Shown in pieces: positions 18,453 to 26,415 of a stretch of 64,000 bases of DNA. The stretch covers positions 64,001 to 128,000 of the forward strand of contig JBFOMH010000017.1 of NCBI GenBank assembly GCA_040830765.1. Direction: 5' to 3'. This DNA comes from Puniceicoccaceae bacterium. GTDB taxonomy: Bacteria; Verrucomicrobiota; Verrucomicrobiia; Opitutales; Oceanipulchritudinaceae. Every line of letters begins with the position of its first letter. Position 1 is the first letter of the stretch. The notes below the pieces were generated by a model. It worked only from the letters and a program-made list of their open reading frames with translations. It was not told the origin of the DNA and did not search any database. Position numbers and translations under genes: made by a program.

Positions 18453-20129
18453 GTGACTGAAACATTAGTCATAAAATTGGTTGTTGCTGCATATCTTCTG
18501 GTAATGCTCGGAGTGGGCATCGCTTCAGGAAGATTTGTTAAGTCTTCAGGGGATTTCCTAATTGGTGGGAGAAGAATACCTTGGTGGGTTGCTGGTACAT
18601 CCGTATATATGAGTGCCTTTAGTGTCTTCACTTTCGTTGCGGATGCTGGAAATGCTTATACACATGGTATGGTGGGCGCATTGATAAATGTGGGTCCTGT
18701 TCTTGGGTGGTTTGCTGCAGGTTTGTTGACTGCTTCATTATGGAACCGCTCCAGAATTGTCACTCCGGTTGAATACCTTGAAGAGCGCTTTGGGCCGGAA
18801 GTTCGAAAGTGGTTCGCATTATTGAGTATACTTTTCTCATTGAACAGCATTGCAACAAGGCTTTTTGCATTCAGTGTATTAGCGGGGACACTTCTCGATA
18901 TGCCGGTGAGTCATGTAATAGTGATATCCGGAATCGTTGTTGCTGTATACAGTTTGATGGGAGGTCTTTGGGCAGTAGTCCTCACAGATGTTATCCAATT
19001 CATTATTCTTCTTATCGGAATTATTCCTCTAGTTGCGCTCAGCTTAATTGAGATTTGGGGATTCACAGGATTTTCTGAATGGGTTAGCTCTGATGCATTT
19101 TCATGGAGCAAAACTGATAGGAATTATATCTGGCTAATGGGTTGGTGGGGTGTTGAAATAATAAATGCGCTTTTTCGATTTGAAGGCATTCAGAGGTTCT
19201 CTGCCGTACCATCAGAATCTGATGCTAGAAATTCGGCCTTTCTTGCGTCGGCCCTTCTTGCTCCAACTTTAGTTGCGGCATTGATTCCGATTTTTGCAGC
19301 AGCTTATCTTTTACCTGGCATTTCCGGTGAACAGGCCTTCGCGAGTATGGTAGCTTTGGTACTGCCAACAGGTTTAGTCGGACTTATCATGGGGGCTATG
19401 TTTGCAGCAACTATAAGTGCTTTGGACTCAGAACTTAATGTGTCTGCAGGCATAATAGCTAGAGACATATATCAGCGATTTATAAATAATCACTGTTCGG
19501 ACAATGACTTGCTTTATGCCAGTCGCTCAGCGACTTTGATTTTGGCTTGCTGCGCTGTGTTATGCGCACTCTTGATCGCTTCTACTGAAATGGGTGTTTT
19601 CGAATGGGCAGAGTTTGTTGTAAGCCGTTTCCTTGTTATTCCATTATTATGTTTTGTGCTGGGCCTTTTTTTTCGGAGAGCTTCTACCAAGGGTTTCATA
19701 TTCTCCCTGGTTCTAGGAACTACAATTTCAATGTTTCTATGGGGAATAGGATGGTCTCCATCTAGTGTCCGGTTTCCAGTTATTGTTACTTGTGTTTTGT
19801 CGATGCTTGTAGCTAACACTTTCTTTCCTGCTTCTGGTCGGGAAAAGGTCAGAGTGGATAACTTTACAAGGAAGATTACAACACCGTGTAGTAAAGAACC
19901 CACTACAATTGCTAAAGCCATGCATTCGGATATCCTGAAATTAATAGGATCCTCGCTGATTGCTGTTAGTTTAATCCCGCTCTCCATTGCTGTGATTTAT
20001 TTAAATGAAACGAGTTCTAGTTACTTGGAGTTATGGACTGGACTTTCGACATTGTTAACTGGTTTGAGCCTTTTGAAATTTAGTCAAAAGCAATCCGGAG
20101 AGCATGCTGATTCAAGTATCGTATCTTAA
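18453..20129 (+). CDS. Sodium:solute symporter (SSS family)
   Basis: DFLIGGRRIPWW, EYLEERF, GGLWAVVLTDVIQF; GTG start after AAGGAG. Confidence 0.92.
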   Translation: MTETLVIKLVVAAYLLVMLGVGIASGRFVKSSGDFLIGGRRIPWWVAGTSVYMSAFSVFTFVADAGNAYTHGMVGALINVGPVLGWFAAGLLTASLWNRSRIVTPVEYLEERFGPEVRKWFALLSILFSLNSIATRLFAFSVLAGTLLDMPVSHVIVISGIVVAVYSLMGGLWAVVLTDVIQFIILLIGIIPLVALSLIEIWGFTGFSEWVSSDAFSWSKTDRNYIWLMGWWGVEIINALFRFEGIQRFSAVPSESDARNSAFLASALLAPTLVAALIPIFAAAYLLPGISGEQAFASMVALVLPTGLVGLIMGAMFAATISALDSELNVSAGIIARDIYQRFINNHCSDNDLLYASRSATLILACCAVLCALLIASTEMGVFEWAEFVVSRFLVIPLLCFVLGLFFRRASTKGFIFSLVLGTTISMFLWGIGWSPSSVRFPVIVTCVLSMLVANTFFPASGREKVRVDNFTRKITTPCSKEPTTIAKAMHSDILKLIGSSLIAVSLIPLSIAVIYLNETSSSYLELWTGLSTLLTGLSLLKFSQKQSGEHADSSIVS

Positions 20130-20143
20130 TATTTTTCCTAATT

Positions 20144-21484
20144 ATGCACCCTTATGTAGAACGTACCATCAGGAGGATATACGCGCTCAATAGCAATGAG
20201 AAGTTATTCCTCCAGGCCATTAATGAAGTCCTCGACTCCCTTTCTTTTGTGCTGGAAGAGTTTCCGGAGATAGAAGACTGGAATTTACTGGAACGCATTT
20301 GTGAACCGGAGAGACAAAAAATATTCCGAATCAATTGGATGGATGATAAAGGAAAAGTTAATGTTAATCGAGGATTTAGGGTTGGATTTAGCAGTGCCTT
20401 GGGACCTTACAAGGGAGGTCTTCGATTTCATCCGTCTGTTGATCTCTCCGTCATTAAGTTTTTGGCTTTTGAGCAAGTTTTCAAGAACTCATTGACCGGA
20501 CTCAGCCTTGGAGCAGGGAAAGGTGGGTCTGATTTCGATCCAAAGGCCAAATCTGAAAGAGAGGTGATGAGGTTCTGTCAGGCGTACATGACCCAACTTT
20601 ACAGGGACATCGGCCACAAAACAGATGTTCCAGCTGGAGACATTGGTGTGGGATCGAGAGAAATTGGTTTTCTATTTGGACAGTACAAAAGGCTAACTGA
20701 TCGTCATGAAATGGGTGTTTTGACTGGAAAAGAAGCATTCCATGGAGGTTCATTTGTGCGTAAAGAGGCAACTGGGTATGGGACTGTGTATTTCGCCGAG
20801 GCGATGCTTGCCTCCCTTGGTGATGAATTATCGGGAAAACAGTGCATCGTATCTGGATCTGGCAATGTCGCAATATACGCAATTGAGAAGCTTCAGGGAA
20901 AGGGAGCAAACGTAATTGCCTGCTCTGACAGCGATGGAGTAGTCTACGCGCCCAACGGCATTCAGTTACCCTTGTTGAAGGAGATAAAAGAAGTCAAACG
21001 CGGACGTCTTCTTGAGTACGCAGAGAGATGCGAAGATGCCAAGTATGTTAAAGCTGGGAACATATATCAAATTCCTTGTTATGCTGCCTTTCCATGTGCT
21101 ACCCAGAACGAATTAGATGCACCGGATGCTCAGAAGCTCATAGGATCTGGGATTAGGTGTGTTGCTGAAGGAGCGAATATGCCTTGCACAAGTGCTGCGG
21201 TAAGGTTGTTTCGAAAATCTGGTGTACTCTACGGCCCCGGTAAAGCTGCCAATGCAGGAGGAGTTACGGTTTCCGGATTGGAAATGCAGCAAAACGCCTC
21301 AATAAGAAATTGGTCATTCGAAGATGTTGATGCCCAACTCAAGGGTGTGATGATTTCGATCCATGAAAAATGCAGTTACTACGGTCAGCAATATGGAACT
21401 GGACCTTCAGATTATGTTGCTGGAGCGAACATTGCGGGATTTTTGAGGGTCGTTAAAGCGCTAATGGGATATGGCGTTGGCTAA
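20144..21484 (+). CDS. gdhA: NADP-specific glutamate dehydrogenase
   Basis: GPYKGGLRFHPSV, GKGGSDFDPK, DVPAGDIGVG, EGANMP, KAANAGGV. Confidence 0.95.
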   Translation: MHPYVERTIRRIYALNSNEKLFLQAINEVLDSLSFVLEEFPEIEDWNLLERICEPERQKIFRINWMDDKGKVNVNRGFRVGFSSALGPYKGGLRFHPSVDLSVIKFLAFEQVFKNSLTGLSLGAGKGGSDFDPKAKSEREVMRFCQAYMTQLYRDIGHKTDVPAGDIGVGSREIGFLFGQYKRLTDRHEMGVLTGKEAFHGGSFVRKEATGYGTVYFAEAMLASLGDELSGKQCIVSGSGNVAIYAIEKLQGKGANVIACSDSDGVVYAPNGIQLPLLKEIKEVKRGRLLEYAERCEDAKYVKAGNIYQIPCYAAFPCATQNELDAPDAQKLIGSGIRCVAEGANMPCTSAAVRLFRKSGVLYGPGKAANAGGVTVSGLEMQQNASIRNWSFEDVDAQLKGVMISIHEKCSYYGQQYGTGPSDYVAGANIAGFLRVVKALMGYGVG

Positions 21485-21769
21485 CTAAATTTTCGTAATA
21501 ACTAAATACGCCACCATAGCCAAGAGTATGCCAAGGTTGTCGGACATTAAACAATGAATCCAGCTTACGCATCATTGAGTCGTGAAAGCCCAAAAGGATG
21601 GGACATGACGAGAAAGTATAATTGTTCATTGAAATTCCGTATTGATACTGACCAGGTGGGAAACCCGGCTGAGAGGGTTTGGCAAACACTCGGGACCGAT
21701 TCTTGCGTAGCCGACCCGATTAGCCCGTTATAAATAACATTCGAGTCAGTACCCGTTAACTTCGTATAT

Positions 21770-22765
21770 ATGAATCCATTAAAAGTTGTCAGTATAGGCG
21801 GGTTCGGACATTCTGGACTTGTTTTCAATGACATGCTGGGTATGTCAGAGGCCAAGCTGGTTGGTCTTGCTCCTGCATTTGAAGGAGAGGACATCAGTTT
21901 CTTTGCAGGACATGAGCTTTGTCAGGAAGTACCGGTGTATGATGATTACCTGAACATGATCGATGAGGTTGATCCGGATGTAGCAGTGATCAGCACCCGG
22001 TTGGACATCATTCCGCTAATCATCATCGCTGCAGCCAATCGTGGTTGTCATATTATTGCTGAAAAGCCTTTGGCACTGGATTTTAAGATACTTGCAAAAG
22101 TGCGAGAAGCGGTTGAGGCCAATGGTACTAAACTGACAGCGATGCTTTCGATGAGAAGTGAGCCGCAGTTTATTGCTGCAAAAGAACTCTATGATTGTGG
22201 CCTGATAGGCGAAGCTGTTCTTGTGAATGGTCGAAAGTCCTACAAATGGGGATCGCGTTCGGAGTGGATGGGTGAAAAGGATAACTATGGAGGAACGATC
22301 GGCTGGGTTGGTATTCACGCGGTTGATTTTATCAACTTTGTTACGGGACTTGGTTTCAGCAAAGTCTCTGCCATGAAGGGTAATTTCTCACATCCCGAGC
22401 GTCCAGCATGTGATGACAATTGCGCGATGCTGCTAGAGCTCTCCAATGGTGCGCATGCAACAGTTAGTGTTGATCTTTATCGTCCGGGTTCTGCTACCAC
22501 CTGGGGCGATGACTGGATCCGGGTTGTGGGGACCAAGGGAGTCATAGAGGCTCGTGGATCGGATATGACCTGCACAGTTCTGGTGGATAGAGAGGAACCG
22601 GTTTTTGTCGAGCTGCCGCAGAAGTCGAAAATGTTCAGGGAATTCCTACTGGCAGTTGCAGGAGATGAATCACTTGAAATTCACCAGGAAGAGTCATTTA
22701 TGCTGACTCATGTCTGTTTGTGCGGTCGGGAATCAGCGGAACAAGAAACATTTGTAGAGATATGA
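21770..22765 (+). CDS. Gfo/Idh/MocA family oxidoreductase
   Basis: Rossmann N-terminus, AEKPLA, GGTIGWVGIHAVD. Confidence 0.88.
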   Translation: MNPLKVVSIGGFGHSGLVFNDMLGMSEAKLVGLAPAFEGEDISFFAGHELCQEVPVYDDYLNMIDEVDPDVAVISTRLDIIPLIIIAAANRGCHIIAEKPLALDFKILAKVREAVEANGTKLTAMLSMRSEPQFIAAKELYDCGLIGEAVLVNGRKSYKWGSRSEWMGEKDNYGGTIGWVGIHAVDFINFVTGLGFSKVSAMKGNFSHPERPACDDNCAMLLELSNGAHATVSVDLYRPGSATTWGDDWIRVVGTKGVIEARGSDMTCTVLVDREEPVFVELPQKSKMFREFLLAVAGDESLEIHQEESFMLTHVCLCGRESAEQETFVEI

Positions 22766-22781
22766 TCATTACGAATAGTTC

Positions 22782-23282
22782 ATGAAAATTTTGAAATATA
22801 CTAGATTTATAGCTTTATCCACAATCGCAATGGGATACATGGCTGCGGAACGACCGAATATTGTCTTATTAATCGCGGATGATGTATCGCCTGACTTCAG
22901 CTGTTACGATTTCCCAGTTCAGCCTCTGAATATTGACAGGTTGGCTGCCGGGGTAGTTCGGTTTAACAATGCATATGTCGCAGCCAGCTCAAGTAGCCCT
23001 AGCCGATGCAGCATCATAATCGGACGGTATGCACATAATATTGGCGCTCTTGACTTGCAAATGGCTTTGCCGAAAGGACAGTTCCTGTTTCCAAAGGCGC
23101 TCAAGGATTCAGGATACTATTGTGCCAAGTTTGGGAAGTTCCATATGGGTGATTATTCCAAGGAAGGATTCGATGTAGTTCAGGAGAATCCAACCTACGC
23201 GCCAAGGGCGTGCCAGTTGACGCCGGGCTTTTTGAGAATGAACGCAATGTACAGGCCTCGCGGGGACGCTTTTTTACCCTAA
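22782..23282 (+). pseudogene. Truncated sulfatase
   Basis: RPNIVLLIADD and GKFHMG are present, but the motif reads SSPSR rather than CxPxR. Similarity stops near 23195 and the ORF is only 166 aa. Confidence 0.8.
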
Positions 23283-23313
23283 TCACTCCTTAACACGACG
23301 TTATGCCGCGAAA

Positions 23314-23532
23314 ATGATCGAACACAATCGAAAATCTACCTCTGTGCTCCTTGAACGGTCCCTGATATACCAGAGGTATAAAGCCGAAAAGGAAGAGATT
23401 GACCGGCATAAGTGGATCGAGAGCGAAAAAGCTGGTTATGACATTGGTTTTGATCGGGCTATGTTTGAGTGGGTTCGTCATCATAGAAACGACTTTCTGA
23501 ACCATTACCGGGATTCACAATTTATGCCTTAG
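23314..23532 (+). CDS. Small DUF4032-like protein
   Basis: EEIDRHKWIESEKAGYDIGFDRAMFEWVRHH motif. Confidence 0.75.
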   Translation: MIEHNRKSTSVLLERSLIYQRYKAEKEEIDRHKWIESEKAGYDIGFDRAMFEWVRHHRNDFLNHYRDSQFMP

Positions 23533-23645
23533 ACCAAAATACCGGAGGCAAATCAAAGACTTCGCGGCGGCGTTTCCATACCCTCAAAAAAACTACTCAA
23601 TCTGCTAATTGTACTCGTATTCAACTGTTTGTCATTTAGAGAAGA

Positions 23646-24041
23646 ATGTCAGCTACTATCACCTTTAACTCATACTTCACTTTGAAGTATTCCCATATAG
23701 TCGAAATTCATGAAACCACATCGGTTCTTGATCAACTTGTAGGTTGTTCGACTTTCGACAATTGCATCTTTGGCATTATTGATTTCAGGGAAGTCCATCA
23801 GTTGGCCTATGAAAAGATGGATTTTCAAATGCATGGGGCGTTCATCAATACTTTGTGGAAGATGAAACGAAGAGATGACACCTTTAAACTCGCTTATGTT
23901 GTGAATGACGAGGAGGCTGTAGCTTGGGCTGAACGGATCCAATCATCTTGTCAGCTAGATAACTGTTTCAAAAGGCAAGCGATCTTCATGGATTTCGGTC
24001 AGGCAATTAACTGGGGGCAGGATGCTAAAGCCCAATGTTAA
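23646..24041 (+). CDS. Hypothetical protein (possibly SpoIIAA/STAS-like)
   Basis: 131-aa ORF with IIDFREV, KLAYVV and F..FGQAINW pattern. Confidence 0.5.
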   Translation: MSATITFNSYFTLKYSHIVEIHETTSVLDQLVGCSTFDNCIFGIIDFREVHQLAYEKMDFQMHGAFINTLWKMKRRDDTFKLAYVVNDEEAVAWAERIQSSCQLDNCFKRQAIFMDFGQAINWGQDAKAQC

Positions 24042-24160
24042 GTGTCCCCCAATACCACTCAATGCTATTCAACACGACTCCAGTGTATTGATTATGCCTA
24101 AACTAAAAATCTACGCTTTTTGCTAAGTGTTTGATTATAAGTACTTAAGCGATTTATGTA

Positions 24161-24181
24161 CAAGTCCCCCCCTCTCCGCCA
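24161..24181 (+). other. tRNA-Ser 3' fragment, putative attR
   Basis: CAAGT-CCCCC-CCTCTCC-G-CCA corresponds to part of the T-loop, T-stem, acceptor strand, G discriminator and CCA. No 5' tRNA half lies upstream, and it is preceded by an AT-rich TAAGT...ACTTA inverted repeat. Confidence 0.75.
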
Positions 24182-24260
24182 CTCGACAAGCTCGTGGCAG
24201 GCCAAGCCAGAGCTTGGACTGGCTCGAGTGCAGGCGAGTGCCCTGAGCTTGTCGAAGGGC
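24178..24260. repeat. Inverted pair of REP-like mini-hairpins with TCGACAAGCTC loop
   Basis: GCCAC-TCGACAAGCTC-GTGGC (24178-24198) and the reverse complement of GCCCT-TCGACAAGCTC-AGGGC (24240-24260). Confidence 0.8.
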
Positions 24261-24337
24261 TAGACTAGCCGTCAACAGACGAAATTGACTAATTTTCGAC
24301 CTCTTAAAGTAGTTTGGGTCCCCCACATCCTTCCCGG

Positions 24338-24646
24338 ATGCCATCGTTAACCCACCACGTCTACCTGCTCCGCTGCGCCAATGGCACGATCTATGTTGGC
24401 CAGACGCATGACATCGAGAGCCGAATGGAGCGTCACCGAAGTGGGACTGGTGCCCGCCATACGGCACAAAACAAACAATTTGAGGTCATTTACACGGAAG
24501 GACCAATGTCGTTTAAGGAGGCCGTTGCCCGTGAGCGGCAGCTCAAGAAATGGAGTCGAGCCAAGAAGCAGGCGCTGGCTAATGGAGACTTGGACCAACT
24601 GCGGAAATTGAGTCGAGGTACCGGCCGGCGATCCGCAAGCTGTTGA
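24338..24646 (+). CDS. Stand-alone GIY-YIG nuclease (UPF0213-like)
   Basis: HVYLLRC..TIYVGQT..RMERH..G.GARHT..AVARERQLKKWSRAKK. Confidence 0.9.
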   Translation: MPSLTHHVYLLRCANGTIYVGQTHDIESRMERHRSGTGARHTAQNKQFEVIYTEGPMSFKEAVARERQLKKWSRAKKQALANGDLDQLRKLSRGTGRRSASC

Positions 24647-24650
24647 AAAT

Positions 24651-24719
24651 CATGCGGAAATCGTCAGAACTGGACGGCTGGGGGACATGCTTAACTTCTA
24701 TCGAAGGAAGGCCGCCTGA
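24651..24719 (+). pseudogene. C-terminal remnant of an integrase-core-domain transposase
   Basis: Frame HAEIVRTGRLGDMLNFYRRKAA* resembles the RLGGxLxxYxRxAA* terminus of rve-type transposases. Confidence 0.6.
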
Positions 24720-24765
24720 TGAGTTGGGGCATAAGAAGTCTATAAGAGAAGAATATCAACGTGTG

Positions 24766-24821
24766 GTCCCTTAGCAGACCGGTCGGTTGAGAGACATCTG
24801 GAGTTTTCCATTTCCCACAAA
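24766..24821. repeat. Dispersed repeat copy 2 (probable IS right end)
   Basis: Same orientation as 8374-8430, with 4 substitutions and 1 deletion; lies just downstream of the transposase remnant. Confidence 0.85.
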
Positions 24822-24824
24822 GGA

Positions 24825-26378
24825 TTACCCTTCTAGCGGATCATTACCAAGAGAAGCGGAATCTCCCTTCAATGGGGCAACGGTAATGAGCACTCGGCGG
24901 TAGTCTACCAAAGGTATATCTGGATGCTGATCCCAAACTTCCAGGATGATGTGCAGTTCCTTCCCGGCAGCGTCCTCAGGTACAACGAATTTGAGTGTCT
25001 CTTTGTCAGCGTACTGCAAGTCGAGTGATTTGCCGTAGGGCACACGTCCTGCCTCGGGATAGTTCCACCATCGATAGCTCAGGGTGTCCCCGTCCGGGTC
25101 GCTTGAGCCCGCCGCGGATAGCGTTAACGTTTGACCGGGAGTTGCAGTAAGGAAGAGAATCCGGTCGGAGTGGTCATTTTCGAGGACGGCTTTTGGATGA
25201 TGGTTTGCCTTCTCAAAGGGCTCAACGCACCAATCCATACGGGCTTTGAGATCGTTCCACATGGCCCGCCTCCAACGCCAGACCGGCGCGTATTGACCGC
25301 TGAAATCCTTGCCGGACTCTGGATCGATCCAATGGTCCGTGATGTGGGGCCCATCGGTGTAGGCCGCGAAGGGAGGCATTTTGAGTTCGTCATCCCGAAC
25401 GAGGGAAAAGTGAGAGTAAACCTCAGGATGTTTTTCGGCAGAGTATCTCCCACTCCAGCCTCCCCAAGATGGTTCGGATCGATTGGTCAATCCTGGAATG
25501 TAAAAGTCGGCCAGGGGGATGGTTCCGCCACCTTCGATGAAGTGGAGGCGGTTGGCGGCTGCTCGATTGGGATAGAGTTCACCAAGCGGACCGTGCCCCG
25601 ATTGCACGTGCACCTTGGCCCATTCATGTTGTCCGTCAACGCTGTATTCAAATGGTTCCCACACGCTGGGACCAATCATCGTGTTGGAGGGGCCACCATA
25701 GGCCCGGGATTGTTCGACGCTGCGCACATAGTGGAGGTCGGGAAACTGGTTGCAAATCCAAGCCCCTGCGTCGTCTTGACCTCCGTTGTCGTATACCCGC
25801 AATTTGGATACAAAGGCGGCTAGTTCTTCATTCGTGCTCCGGGCGCGGTAGTCGATCAAGGCTTGGGCCAAGGTATTGGATCCAGCGTTGATCACTATGT
25901 TGAGTGGCCGCTCGTCTGCCTTGGTGGCGGCGGCAATAATCAGATCGGATCCTGGTGTGGACTTTCCAGGGCCGGTATCGGCGATGCCATCTGAGACTTG
26001 CCCGGTTGAAACGATACTTCGCAAGTAATCTGGCTCGTGCCATCCGTCGGCGTGGCACTTGAGATTTGGGTATACTTTTTCGTAGGCGTCGATGAGGGCG
26101 TGAAATAATTGCGGCCGCAAGTCTTTGGAGCCCGGAGGAGGATTTGGGCGGAAGAAGCGGCCGGTGACGGTGATCAAGCCTTCCAGCTCAAATTGGTTGG
26201 AACACATGAGCATGTGGGTGATTTGCTGTTCCTCGTCGGGATCGTGTCCCATGTCCGCCAATACAATTACACGATCCTTGGTGGACGGAGTCTCTTGATT
26301 TGTGGGCATTTGGGCTTGGGAAGTAGAGGTTGCTATGAGAATGCAGTAGAAGAGGAAGGTGAGTTTTAAAGCGCGCAT
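24825..26378 (-). CDS. Secreted DUF1593 / nucleoside-hydrolase-like protein with C-terminal PKD/REJ-like domain
   Basis: RVIVLADMGHDPDEEQ, GQDDAGAWI, WGGWSGRY, ARMDWC, ANHHP, SSDPDGDTLSYRWW. Confidence 0.85.
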   Translation of the reverse strand: MRALKLTFLFYCILIATSTSQAQMPTNQETPSTKDRVIVLADMGHDPDEEQQITHMLMCSNQFELEGLITVTGRFFRPNPPPGSKDLRPQLFHALIDAYEKVYPNLKCHADGWHEPDYLRSIVSTGQVSDGIADTGPGKSTPGSDLIIAAATKADERPLNIVINAGSNTLAQALIDYRARSTNEELAAFVSKLRVYDNGGQDDAGAWICNQFPDLHYVRSVEQSRAYGGPSNTMIGPSVWEPFEYSVDGQHEWAKVHVQSGHGPLGELYPNRAAANRLHFIEGGGTIPLADFYIPGLTNRSEPSWGGWSGRYSAEKHPEVYSHFSLVRDDELKMPPFAAYTDGPHITDHWIDPESGKDFSGQYAPVWRWRRAMWNDLKARMDWCVEPFEKANHHPKAVLENDHSDRILFLTATPGQTLTLSAAGSSDPDGDTLSYRWWNYPEAGRVPYGKSLDLQYADKETLKFVVPEDAAGKELHIILEVWDQHPDIPLVDYRRVLITVAPLKGDSASLGNDPLEG

Positions 26379-26415
26379 TTAACTGAAGGTTGGTATCGAG
26401 GGAAAAAGAGGTGTT

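Larger units (their letters stand above)
1..24181. mobile_element. Right part of a tRNA-Ser-integrated prophage/genomic island (tail operon plus cargo), ending at a putative attR
   Basis: Phage tail genes at the left, AT-richer cargo in the middle, and a tRNA 3'-end fragment at 24161-24181. The integrase and attL are not in the window, so whether this is one element is inferred. Confidence 0.65.

Noticed and set aside
24100..24181. Complete tRNA-Ser gene
   Set aside because: Only the 3' ~21 nt are tRNA-like; upstream sequence cannot form the acceptor 5' strand, D arm or anticodon arm.
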